Position numbers and translations under genes: made by a program. DNA of 64,000 nucleotides from an uncultured delta proteobacterium (GTDB lineage: Bacteria; Myxococcota_A; Polyangia; Fen-1088): NCBI GenBank assembly GCA_963737265.1, contig CAVTRY010000018.1, positions 32,001-96,000 on the forward strand. Direction: 5' to 3'. Positions 53,076-62,693 of the stretch are shown here, piece after piece (positions within the stretch are counted from its first letter, which is position 1; each line of letters starts with the position of its first letter). The notes beneath the pieces were generated by a model. It saw only the letters and a program-made list of their open reading frames with translations, was not told the DNA's origin and did not search any database.

Positions 53076-54326
53076 TCAGCTCTCGATCCCCGCTTTGTCT
53101 TCCTCTTTCTCTTCCGCCCTTTCTTCGGCGACGGCAGCCTTGCGGCGCAGTTTCTCGACCAGCGTGGTTCGCCCCATGCCGAGCAGGCGCGCGGCTTCCT
53201 TCTTGTTGCCGCCCGATTGCGAAAGGGCCAGGCGAATATAGGTCTCCTCGGTCTCGCGCAGAAGACCCGGTAAATCAATCGGTAGGCGCAGATCGGCCAC
53301 CGGCGACGGCGACGGAGTCATGGTAATCGGCAGCGTGATTTCTGCCACGTCGGATGCGGACGCACAGGGGACGGCGTCAAGCTCGTCGGCGCCCATCGGA
53401 CCGATGGCAATCTCCCCGCTTTCGACCCGGCGCGACGCATCGGCAAGATCGACGAGCGCGCCGGCGCTGTCGACGCAATCGACGCCGGTCGTGTGCGCCG
53501 ACCGACGCGTTTTGGGAATATTGGCGGCGTCGAGGAACGACGGCGGAAGGTCAACCAGGGCGATGGTGCTGCTCTCCGCGCACACCGAAAGGCGCTCGGC
53601 GAGATTTTCCAGCTCGCGGACGTTCCCAGGCCACGGATAGTTCTCAAGCTGGCGAATGACGGCGGGCGCGACGGGCCGGGTCTCGCCGTGCTTGTGCCAG
53701 AAATGGAAGAAGAGTGGGCCGATATCGGTGGTGCGTTCGCGCAGCGGGGGCAACACCAGCGGGCAAACGTGGAGGCGATAGTAGAGGTCGCGGCGGAATC
53801 GGCCCGAACGTACATCCTCGGACAGATCGCGATTGGTGGCGGCGACCAGGCGGAAATCTCCCGTCACGGATTCCGAGCTGCCGACGGGCTCGTAGGTGCG
53901 ATTCTGCAGCAGGCGCAGCAGCTTCACTTGCAGCGCCAAAGGCAGGTCGCCAACCTCGTCGAGAAACAAGGTTCCGCCTTCGGCCATGGCCACGCGGCCG
54001 CGACGCGAGGCCACCGCGCCGGTGAAGGCGCCGCGCACATAGCCGAATAGCTCGCTTTCAAGAAGAGCGTCGGGAATGGCCGCGCAATTGACGGGAACGA
54101 ACGGGCGCTTCGAGCGAACGCTGTGGGTGTGGACCAGGCGCGCGAATACTTCCTTTCCCGTCCCCGTCTCGCCGGTCAGCAGCACGGTGGCGTCGCTTGC
54201 GGCGATACGCGTACAGGCGCGAATCACGTCAACCAGCGGCGAGCTCGGCGCGCAGACGATGCCGCTTGCGGCGGACACCGGCATGGGCGTGACGGTTGAT
54301 TCAGTCTTGAGCACGGTCATCTGCAT
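53076..54326 (-). CDS. Sigma54-dependent activator without receiver domain
   Basis: [27 protein letters not shown] ending RTTLVEKLR. Confidence 0.92.
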   Translation of the reverse strand: MQMTVLKTESTVTPMPVSAASGIVCAPSSPLVDVIRACTRIAASDATVLLTGETGTGKEVFARLVHTHSVRSKRPFVPVNCAAIPDALLESELFGYVRGAFTGAVASRRGRVAMAEGGTLFLDEVGDLPLALQVKLLRLLQNRTYEPVGSSESVTGDFRLVAATNRDLSEDVRSGRFRRDLYYRLHVCPLVLPPLRERTTDIGPLFFHFWHKHGETRPVAPAVIRQLENYPWPGNVRELENLAERLSVCAESSTIALVDLPPSFLDAANIPKTRRSAHTTGVDCVDSAGALVDLADASRRVESGEIAIGPMGADELDAVPCASASDVAEITLPITMTPSPSPVADLRLPIDLPGLLRETEETYIRLALSQSGGNKKEAARLLGMGRTTLVEKLRRKAAVAEERAEEKEEDKAGIES

Positions 54327-54538
54327 CGATACATCCTCTGCAGTTGGCGGGTGCTGCGAACGCGCCAGCACCCCGTCTCGAACTTGTAAAACACGCGCAC
54401 GGGCAATCGATCGCGTCGGTCGATGTCTAATCCTTCAAGCAGCCAGGTCAGCATGCGGAAAAGTGGGCCGTATTCGACTCGCGTTGGCGGATGGGCAGGT
54501 TGGTAGGTCATGGATTTCGCGATGAGGATGCGATTCCT

Positions 54539-56641
54539 CTAAAGCCTCCGTAAGACAATGTCTTTCACTCCCTCGAGAACACGATGGCAGGTCTCTTCAT
54601 CGAAGCCCGCCGCGCGCCGAGCATCGTCGACCAGCAGGCGCGCGCGGTCGAGCTCGTCGCGGCGCGTGTGAAACCCGCCTTTGTATGCCAAAGCATTGGC
54701 CAAGCGAACCACCGCGCCTAGGCTGAAATGGGGATGTTCGGGGTGCATCGCCTCGTCGATGGCGTTCGCCGCTTCTGGCGTCAAGCCCCAAGCGCGTCCA
54801 AGGCGCGCTCCGGCGCTGGCGTGGGTGCGGTCCACGCAAGTCACCAACATGTCGTCGGTGATGACCCGCCGGCCTTTGACGTTCGTCATCTGCTTCTCGA
54901 TCTCGAGCAGCAATGCGACGACGATCGGCTTACCGCAATCGTGGAACAGGCCGCTGCGATAGGCGTCCAGCACAACCCTTTCGTTGGCGCCGTGGGCCTG
55001 CATGAGACGCTGGGAAAGTATCGCGACCGCGAGCGCATGCGGCCAGGGTTGCTTGCAGATAGCCTGTAAGCGCGGGGACGCAGTGTCGAGGACCGGGCGC
55101 AGGGCAATCTCAAACAGGCCCGTGCGAGCGCCCTCGGCGCCCAGGCGCGCAATGGCTTGTTCGGTCGAGCGTGCGGGGGCGCGCGTGGGGCCGCTGGTGC
55201 TTGCGACCTGGACGAGCTGACCGGCGAGGCGGGCGTCGGTGGAGAGGAGCGCAGCCATGCCGCCGAAGGAAAAATCTGGAGCCTCGAGGAGATCCAGGCA
55301 GCGCAAGATCGAACGGGGCAGAAGGGGCAGATCGAGCTCGGCGTCGGGCGCCGTATGCGACCTGACGATTTCGATCAGCCGGTCGGTAAGAGCGCTCTTA
55401 CCCGAGGTCGTGCTGGGGGAGATAGGGGAGAAGCTTGGCGAGGTCGGATTTTGCAGTGGCGGCGCCGTGGTGACGGCGGCCGGCGACGGGGTCGCGACGG
55501 CCGGCAAAGGTGCGCTCTGGAAAAGTGAGGTGCCTGGCGTAGCTGTGGGTCTTGGCGGGGCAGACGGCTTCAAGCTTGGGCTCAAGCTCGTCGGTGCCGT
55601 CGCGAGCATCGTCGCAACGATGGGCGTTTCCGTCGCCGGGACCGGGGGCGGTGTCAGCCATTGCGAAAGGTCGTCGCGGGGTGCTTGACTGGCGGTTGCA
55701 CTTATCGCTGTCGGCGCGGTTAGAAGAATGGCGTCGCGGAATTCGCGCATCGAGGTGAAGCGCTGTTCGGGTTTCTTGGCCATTGCGCGCAGAATGATCG
55801 CGCTCGTGGCGAGCGAGATCGTCGGGTTGATGCTTTGGGGCGGCGGGGGCGTCTCTTGCACGTGGCTCATGATGAGCCGGCCTGCGGTCTCGGCGGTGAA
55901 TGGCAAACGGCCGGTCGCCATTTGATACAGCACGACGCCGAGCGAATAGATGTCGCTGCGATAGTCGAGGTGCGTGTCGCCCAGGCACTGCTCGGGCGAC
56001 ATATACGCGGGCGTGCCGATGATCGCGCCCATCTCGGTGTGGTGCTGGACGTTGCGATCGCGCGCCACGAGCTTGGCGATGCCGAAATCCAGAACCTTGA
56101 CGAAGTCCGGGTAGTCGGGGTGGTCGCGCAAGAAGATGTTGGCGGGCTTGAGATCGCGGTGGACCATGTCGTGATCGTGACCGGCGCCCACGGCGGCCGC
56201 GACCTGTGCCACCACGCGTACGGTCGCCGCCGGATCGAGCGTGGTCACGCGCAGCAGGCGCTGTTCAAGCGTTTCACCGTCGAGCAGTTCCATCACGATG
56301 TAGGGCTGGCTGCCGAACATTCCGAAGTCGGTGACCTCGACGATGTTGGGATGGCGAATGTCGTTTACGGCGCGGGCCTCGGTGAAGAAGCGCGAAACTA
56401 GATCTTCCTTGGCTGCGATATCGGCGGCGAGAACCTTGATGGCGGCGCGCCGGCCGATGAGCACGTGCTCGGCGAGATACACGCGGCCCATGCCACCTTC
56501 GCCGAGAAGCGACAGCACCCGAAACGAGCCAAGAGTCTGACCGAGGACGGCGTCCAATGGGGCGGGAAGGGTCGCCTTACCGCCCCGCGAGGACAGGCAC
56601 TTCGTTGAGCCCTTGCTTTGGGTAAGGTCTGAAGCCGCCAT
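54539..56641 (-). CDS. Ser/Thr kinase fused to a C-terminal HDOD domain
   Basis: LGEGGMGRV, HRDLKPAN, DFG; LPLLP...DARLAG...GLFHDCGK...H...GARLGRAWGL. Confidence 0.9.
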   Translation of the reverse strand: MAASDLTQSKGSTKCLSSRGGKATLPAPLDAVLGQTLGSFRVLSLLGEGGMGRVYLAEHVLIGRRAAIKVLAADIAAKEDLVSRFFTEARAVNDIRHPNIVEVTDFGMFGSQPYIVMELLDGETLEQRLLRVTTLDPAATVRVVAQVAAAVGAGHDHDMVHRDLKPANIFLRDHPDYPDFVKVLDFGIAKLVARDRNVQHHTEMGAIIGTPAYMSPEQCLGDTHLDYRSDIYSLGVVLYQMATGRLPFTAETAGRLIMSHVQETPPPPQSINPTISLATSAIILRAMAKKPEQRFTSMREFRDAILLTAPTAISATASQAPRDDLSQWLTPPPVPATETPIVATMLATAPTSLSPSLKPSAPPRPTATPGTSLFQSAPLPAVATPSPAAVTTAPPLQNPTSPSFSPISPSTTSGKSALTDRLIEIVRSHTAPDAELDLPLLPRSILRCLDLLEAPDFSFGGMAALLSTDARLAGQLVQVASTSGPTRAPARSTEQAIARLGAEGARTGLFEIALRPVLDTASPRLQAICKQPWPHALAVAILSQRLMQAHGANERVVLDAYRSGLFHDCGKPIVVALLLEIEKQMTNVKGRRVITDDMLVTCVDRTHASAGARLGRAWGLTPEAANAIDEAMHPEHPHFSLGAVVRLANALAYKGGFHTRRDELDRARLLVDDARRAAGFDEETCHRVLEGVKDIVLRRL

Positions 56642-56771
56642 TTGTCGAGTACAAGCATCGGTGGCCAGGACCCCATCTTGAGACGCTCGCGGAAAGAAAG
56701 ATCACATTTCTGACGGCAGCCGAGGTGTCGTTTTTCCGACGGTGACGAAACGTCAATCCGGTGACGAGTCG

Positions 56772-58355
56772 TCACCGACGTGACGGTAAAACGAACTCGA
56801 AAACCGCGCCTTTGTTGACCTGGGCGGACGCCGTCACCCGGCCCCCATGGCGCCCGATGATGCGCTGGACGGTGGCAAGTCCTATGCCGGTGCCTGCGTA
56901 TTCCTGGGCCGAGTGCAAGCGCTGGAATGGCGCGAACAATTTGCCGGCCGCTGCCATGTCGAAGCCCGCGCCGTTGTCGCGCACGAAAAATACCTGCCGG
57001 TTGTTTTCCCATCGCGCACCGACCTCGATGTCGGCGTCGTTGGTTTTGTTGGTGTATTTCCAGGCGTTGTCGAGCAGGTTCTCGAGCAAGATACGCAGAA
57101 GGCCCACGTCCCCGCGCGCGCGCAGGCCGGCCTGAACGTGGGTGCGGACCCGCCGCGCGGGCTCGCGTTCGTGCAGAAGAGCGAGGATGTCCGTGGCCAT
57201 GGCGGAGAGGTCGACATCTTCAAGGCGCATCTCCGCGCGCGTGATTCGCGACAAGACGAGCAAGTCGTCGATGAGGTGCCCCATGCGCCCGGCCGCCTTG
57301 CGCACGCGCTGGCAGTAATCGAGCGCGCGCTCGTCGAGCTTGTCGCCGTAGTCCTCGACCAGCGCTTGGGTAAAGCCGTCAATCCCGCGCAGCGGCGCGC
57401 GCAGGTCGTGCGAGACCGAATAGGCGAAACTCTCCAGCTCACGGTTGGCGGCGCCGAGCTCGGCGGTGCGCTCTTCCACGCGCAGCTCAAGCTGCTCGTT
57501 GATCGTGCGCAAGGCTTCTTCCATGCGGCGCCGCGCGGTGATATCCACGCCGAAGGAAATGGTTCCGGCGGTCTGGCCGTTTTCGACGATGGGATTGTTC
57601 TGCCAAACGATGTAGCGCTCGTCTCCCGTGGCGGTCAGCAATGGCATCTCGAATGTGCTTGGTTCGCCGCCAGCGAGCAGCCGTTGGAACTCATCGTGGA
57701 CGTATGGAAACCGTTGCCGGGGTGCCATGACCTCGAACCAGTTCCGCCGCTCGACATCCGCGCGCGAGTATCCCGTGATATTTTCGGCGGTCTTATTGAA
57801 GGCGCGAACCTGACCCTCTTTGTCGAGGCCCACCACCATGATGCTGGCCAGCTCGATGAGACGCTCGGCATAGTCTTTCGCTTCTTGGAGCGCCTCTTGG
57901 GTCCTCACCAGATCGGTGACGTCGCGCTTGACGCCCCAGAGGCGCAAAAGCCGGCCGTCTTCAACGTCGCCCGATAGGTTGTTGAGCGAGCGAAAGGCAC
58001 TGCCGTCGCGCCGGCGCTCGGCCAGCAGCAGATTGTCGAGGCGATAGCCCGACATGATGAAGGCGACCACGAAGCCAAGCTGCTCTTCGCGCGAGCTCGA
58101 CAGAAGGTCGCCGAAGGCAACACCGCGCATGTCTTCCGGCTTGTTGTAGCCGAACTGTCGTGCGAAGGTTTCGTTGCACAGGCCGACGCGGGCATCGCGC
58201 ACGATGGCTAGGGCTTGCTCGTGTACCGTCAGGTTGGTCGGAAGAGGCGTGGCCATGTCGAAACGCCACAGGCCTTCGGACGCAAGTTCGAGGAAATGCC
58301 GGTACTCGCCTTCGATGGAATCGCGCGATGGCTCGTTGGCGGGGTTGTCTTTCAT
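56772..58355 (-). CDS. PAS-PAS histidine kinase
   Basis: FAYSVSHDLRAPLR, NAWKY, GTGIGL. Confidence 0.93.
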   Translation of the reverse strand: MKDNPANEPSRDSIEGEYRHFLELASEGLWRFDMATPLPTNLTVHEQALAIVRDARVGLCNETFARQFGYNKPEDMRGVAFGDLLSSSREEQLGFVVAFIMSGYRLDNLLLAERRRDGSAFRSLNNLSGDVEDGRLLRLWGVKRDVTDLVRTQEALQEAKDYAERLIELASIMVVGLDKEGQVRAFNKTAENITGYSRADVERRNWFEVMAPRQRFPYVHDEFQRLLAGGEPSTFEMPLLTATGDERYIVWQNNPIVENGQTAGTISFGVDITARRRMEEALRTINEQLELRVEERTAELGAANRELESFAYSVSHDLRAPLRGIDGFTQALVEDYGDKLDERALDYCQRVRKAAGRMGHLIDDLLVLSRITRAEMRLEDVDLSAMATDILALLHEREPARRVRTHVQAGLRARGDVGLLRILLENLLDNAWKYTNKTNDADIEVGARWENNRQVFFVRDNGAGFDMAAAGKLFAPFQRLHSAQEYAGTGIGLATVQRIIGRHGGRVTASAQVNKGAVFEFVLPSRR

Positions 58356-58435
58356 GGGATAGGCGGGCTCGCAAGCGGTGAGCGGGCGGCGGCGCTCGCA
58401 AGACCATGATAAAAGAATAGTGGCCGATGCGCTCC

Positions 58436-59623
58436 ATGGGAAATCCATCTTCCGCTGCGGATCGCTCTGGTGACGGCGAATCTGCGCGCGTTCTCGTCGC
58501 GGACGGCGAGGGTGGCGACATCGCCGATTCCTTGGCCCTGCTCGGCGACGCAGGCTACGCCTTGGACTTGGCCAGCGATGGACCGGCGGCCCTGGCCCTG
58601 CTCAAGGCCAACCACTATGCCGCGATCGTGGCCGACGTCGCTCTGCCGGGCGTCGATGCCCTCGGTGTCCTGCGCGCCGCTCGTCAAGGCGACTTGGACG
58701 TCCCCCTCGTGGTGACCACGGAACCCGCCAGCGTCGGGCTGTCCGCGGTTGCGGTTCAGCAAGGCGCGCTTTGCTATCTGGAAAAGCCGATAGCAGCCGA
58801 CCTGCTTCTCAAGACCGTCTCGTACGCAATCAAACTGCACCAGCTCGCCACGTTGCGCCGCCGTGCCCTCGACACCCTTGGCGGCCAGTGGAGCCAGATG
58901 GGCGATAGGATCGCGCTCGAGCTGGTCTTTGAACGCACGTTTGCCGGGCTGTCCATCGCCTTCCAGCCCATCATCTCCTGGTCGAGCCGCCGGGTTATCG
59001 GCCACGAGGCGTTGCTGCGCAGCTCGCATCCCAGCCTGCCCGATCCGGCCTCGGTGCTGGCCGTAGCCGAACGGCTTGGACGCGTCGACCAAGTAGGTCG
59101 GCTCGTGCGCGAGCGGGTGGCGCGTTCCATGGCCAAGGCGCCGGCCGAGTTCGTGTTCGTGAATCTGCACGCGCACGAGCTCCTGGACGGCGACCTGTTC
59201 TCGCCTTCCGCTCCGCTGTCGCAGTTTGGGAAACGGATCGTGCTCGAAATTTCCGAGCACGCCCTGCTCGACGACGTTTCGCACCTGGAAGCGCGTGCGG
59301 CGGCCTTGCGCAAATTGGGATTTCAGCTGGCCATGGACAACCTCGGTCCCGGCTATCCCGGCCTGTCGTCGTTCGCGCGCCTGGTGCCGGAATACGTGAA
59401 GTACGACCAGTCGTTGGTACGCGGCGCGGATCGCAGTCCGGCGCAGGCCGAGGTCGTGGCGGGGATGACCGCTCTTTTCAAGTCGATGAGCACGAAGGTG
59501 ATCGCCGCCGGGATCGAAACCCTCGCCGAACGCGATGCCATGATCACGGCAGGCGTGGATCTTTTACAAGGATTTGCGTTTTCACGCCCGGACACGGCAT
59601 ACCGGCAGCCCGACATCGGATGA
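58436..59623 (+). CDS. REC-EAL protein with degenerate EAL domain
   Basis: FQPI, HEALLR, FVNL, LEISE, QGF; DDFG altered to DNLG and AEG altered to AAG. Confidence 0.88.
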   Translation: MGNPSSAADRSGDGESARVLVADGEGGDIADSLALLGDAGYALDLASDGPAALALLKANHYAAIVADVALPGVDALGVLRAARQGDLDVPLVVTTEPASVGLSAVAVQQGALCYLEKPIAADLLLKTVSYAIKLHQLATLRRRALDTLGGQWSQMGDRIALELVFERTFAGLSIAFQPIISWSSRRVIGHEALLRSSHPSLPDPASVLAVAERLGRVDQVGRLVRERVARSMAKAPAEFVFVNLHAHELLDGDLFSPSAPLSQFGKRIVLEISEHALLDDVSHLEARAAALRKLGFQLAMDNLGPGYPGLSSFARLVPEYVKYDQSLVRGADRSPAQAEVVAGMTALFKSMSTKVIAAGIETLAERDAMITAGVDLLQGFAFSRPDTAYRQPDIG

Positions 59624-59638
59624 TCGTGGCCGATTGTT

Positions 59639-60358
59639 TCACGCCGAAGTCGTCTTTGCGGGTTCGACGCTTTCCTTGGTGATTGAAAGCCAGGCTCCCG
59701 CCGCCAACTCCGCCGGCAGGCTGAGCGCCCCAAACGAAACGCGACACAGGGAGAGTACGTGGCTGCCGAGTGCGGCGAAGATTCGACGGACTTCGTGGTA
59801 GGCGCCGCCCGCGATGGTCACGCTGGCAAACGTGGTCGCCTGTGCGGAACGCACAAGACTGGGGTGCATTTCGCCCTCTTCTTGCTGGCGAAGGTCGAGC
59901 ACCTTCGGGCGGTGTCCGTCGCGCAGGACGAGATCGCTCGGTAGTGGTTGAAATGGGCGCGCCAACGCCACGTGGTAACAGCGTGGAATGGCCGAGCGTG
60001 GATGCGTGAGGTGGTGCAGCCAGGTTCCGTCGGTGGTCCACAGGAGAAGCCCGGTGGTGTCGAGATCTAGGCGGCCCACTGGCCGCAGCTCGGCCACGAG
60101 CGGCGCTTCTTCGACGAACGTTGCTACCGTTGCGTGAAGCGGATCCGATAGCGCGGTCACGCAGCCGGCCGGCTTGTTCAGCATCAGATCATAGGAATCG
60201 CGCAGGCAGACGGTGGTGCCGCCAATTTCCGCGTTGAACGGAAGCGACTCGGGTGCGACCTTGCTGGGAAGCTTCCCAGGCTCGCTTGCAATCAGACGGT
60301 GCGCTTCGGCGCGTGAACAGCCGAGGTTTCTTGCCAGAAGTCTTTCGAGGTTGTGCAT
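59639..60358 (-). CDS. rRNA pseudouridine synthase (RsuA family)
   Basis: LNKPAG, VGRLDLDTTGLLL, YHEVRRIF. Confidence 0.9.
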   Translation of the reverse strand: MHNLERLLARNLGCSRAEAHRLIASEPGKLPSKVAPESLPFNAEIGGTTVCLRDSYDLMLNKPAGCVTALSDPLHATVATFVEEAPLVAELRPVGRLDLDTTGLLLWTTDGTWLHHLTHPRSAIPRCYHVALARPFQPLPSDLVLRDGHRPKVLDLRQQEEGEMHPSLVRSAQATTFASVTIAGGAYHEVRRIFAALGSHVLSLCRVSFGALSLPAELAAGAWLSITKESVEPAKTTSA

Positions 60359-60409
60359 GAGAATGAGGTTGTTGCGGGCGCAAGAGTGTGGTTTTTCTCA
60401 GTCGGAGTC

Positions 60410-60880
60410 GTGTCTTCCCTTCACGTTATCCTGGTCGAGCCCGAGATCCACTGGAATACGGGCAACATCGGTCGCACCACGCTTGCGACGGGCGCGGAGC
60501 TGCATCTCGTGGAACCGCTGGGCTTCTCGCTCGAGGATCGGTACCTCCGCCGGGCGGGGCTCGATTACTGGCCGCGCGTGCGCCTACACGTGTGGCCGAG
60601 CTGGGACGAGATCGAACGCCACCTGCCCGAGCTGGGCGAGCCATTCTTCTTTTCGTCGCAGGCGACGCGCCACTACTGGGACGTGAAATACCCCGACGAC
60701 GTTGCGTTGGTGTTCGGGCGCGAAAGCGTGGGCCTGGCCAAGTCGATTTTGACTCGGTACTCCGATCGCACCGTGCGCATTCCCATGGTCGAACCGGCCC
60801 TTCGCTCGGTCAACCTGTCGACCTCGGCCGGTGTGGCGATGTTCGAGGTCGCGCGGCAGCGTGCCTTAGTCGGTCGCTAA
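60410..60880 (+). CDS. trmL: tRNA (cytidine34-2'-O)-methyltransferase
   Basis: PEIHWNTGNIGR, RRAGLDYW, FGRESVGL, RSVNLS. Confidence 0.93.
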   Translation: MSSLHVILVEPEIHWNTGNIGRTTLATGAELHLVEPLGFSLEDRYLRRAGLDYWPRVRLHVWPSWDEIERHLPELGEPFFFSSQATRHYWDVKYPDDVALVFGRESVGLAKSILTRYSDRTVRIPMVEPALRSVNLSTSAGVAMFEVARQRALVGR

Positions 60881-60944
60881 CGCGAACGAGCTCCAAGAAA
60901 ATCCACGGTCCGTCGATGTTGTCGTTGATGAGGATTCCCAACGC

Positions 60945-62693
60945 ATGACCACGGACTACGCGCGTCTTGGGCGCTATCAGCCCGAGGCATTGCTCGGGCA
61001 AGGACGTGTCACGGAAACCTTTCTGGCACGGACGGTTGATCCCCTGCCTGCCGTTTACGGGCAAACCTTTGCATTGAAGGTGTTGCGCCAGGAGCCCGAC
61101 GGCGGCCGTGCGCTGGCGACCCGCTTCATCGCCGCCGCGCGGATGCTTCAATGGATGTCGCTGCCAGGCACGGCCAGCGTTGTTGAAATTGGCGAAGGAC
61201 CCGGGCCGGCTTTCGCGGCTTTTGAATTCAAAGACGGCGTGGACTTATGTCAATTGCGTTCCCAGGCCGTGCCCGCGGGTGGACGGATGGACGCTCGCCT
61301 CGTTGGTTTGATTGGCCGGAAGCTTGCCGAACGGCTCGGGCCGCTGCACGCCCAGCCGGACGGGCCGCGCGTGCATGGAGGGCTGTCTCCCGGCAATGTC
61401 TTGGTGAGGCCGAGTGGCGAGGTGCTGCTGCTCGACTGCGGCCTCGCCGAGGCGCTGCGCTCGAAGCAAGCGATGACCGAACACTGGCATTACTTGGCTC
61501 CCGAACAGCTGCGCGGCGAGGCGGCGGGGCGTGCAGCTGACCTGTATGCGCTGGGCGCACTGATGTATTTCCTGTGCTACGGCCGGCCGCCTTTCGCGGC
61601 CGACACACCCGAGCAGCTGGAGGCGCGCGTCGCCGAAGGTCCGCCAGCCTTCGATGGACTTCATCCCGCCGTGGCAAGTAGCGTGGCTCGTATGCTGGCC
61701 TACACGGCCGCGGCGCGGCCCAAGTCGGCGTCCGAGGTGGCGCGCCAGATTTCGGTGGCGCTGCTTTCGGCCAACGCAGGGGGCGCCTTTGCCACAACAA
61801 CTCCGGCTACGGCGCCGCAAGATCCGCCACCCGGATTCGATATTCGACCGTTCGTTCTTGTTCCGCCGGAAGACGCGCCCGTTTCGCCCCAAGGCACGAG
61901 GATGGCTCAGGATCGCGTTGGCATCTCGGCCGACGATCCTGACGTGGGCGTGGTCTACGACGATGACGACGAAGAAGACGAAATCGAAGTGCTGCCCGAC
62001 GGCACCGTCAAGCGCCGGCGTCGCCGCCGTGCCATTCGGCTGCTCGCGTGGACGAAGAGCGCCTTTGCCCGCAAGATCTTCCGCTATGCGTGGGTGCCAG
62101 GTGCGGTGTTCCTCTTGGCCGTCGTTGTCGAAGGCTTCTTCTTCGCGCAAAGCTGGCGCGCGGTTCGCGCCGAAGGTCAGCGAAGGGACCAAGCGCGGGC
62201 CGCCCTGCAAGCCAGGCTGGAGGCAGCGAAGCCGAAGCTTTCGCCAGCCCCGGTCGTGCCATCGGGCCACCTCGTGCTCAAGGTTGCGCCCAGTGGGGCC
62301 GTGGTGTGGCTCGACGGGATTGAGAAGGGGACCGCGCCATCCACCATCTTGACCACGCCGGGCGCGCATCGCCTCGTGGTCACCGCGCCCGGCTATCGCA
62401 TGCTGCGCGACGTGGTCGAAACCACCCACGGTTTATTGTTCGAGCGCGAAATGGTCCCCGCTGTCTTTCCACTTACGGGCAGCGTGGGGTTGAATGTTGC
62501 GTGCACCACCGAGGGCAAGTACCCTGTGTTCGTCGACGGCAAGGAAATCGGTGCCCTGTGCCCAATTGCCGGAGTTCGGCTAGATCCGGGCAAGCACATG
62601 GTTGGCGTTTTCGTGATTCCCGAGAACCGGATTTGGACCCTCGATCGCGAAATCGTCGCCGATCGGCCACATCGCGTGCAATTCAACTACTGA
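60945..62693 (+). CDS. Membrane pseudokinase with PEGA domains
   Basis: Kinase fold with HGGLSPGN and DCG, YLAPE; acidic linker, TM helix, PEGA-like repeats. Confidence 0.85.
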   Translation: MTTDYARLGRYQPEALLGQGRVTETFLARTVDPLPAVYGQTFALKVLRQEPDGGRALATRFIAAARMLQWMSLPGTASVVEIGEGPGPAFAAFEFKDGVDLCQLRSQAVPAGGRMDARLVGLIGRKLAERLGPLHAQPDGPRVHGGLSPGNVLVRPSGEVLLLDCGLAEALRSKQAMTEHWHYLAPEQLRGEAAGRAADLYALGALMYFLCYGRPPFAADTPEQLEARVAEGPPAFDGLHPAVASSVARMLAYTAAARPKSASEVARQISVALLSANAGGAFATTTPATAPQDPPPGFDIRPFVLVPPEDAPVSPQGTRMAQDRVGISADDPDVGVVYDDDDEEDEIEVLPDGTVKRRRRRRAIRLLAWTKSAFARKIFRYAWVPGAVFLLAVVVEGFFFAQSWRAVRAEGQRRDQARAALQARLEAAKPKLSPAPVVPSGHLVLKVAPSGAVVWLDGIEKGTAPSTILTTPGAHRLVVTAPGYRMLRDVVETTHGLLFEREMVPAVFPLTGSVGLNVACTTEGKYPVFVDGKEIGALCPIAGVRLDPGKHMVGVFVIPENRIWTLDREIVADRPHRVQFNY

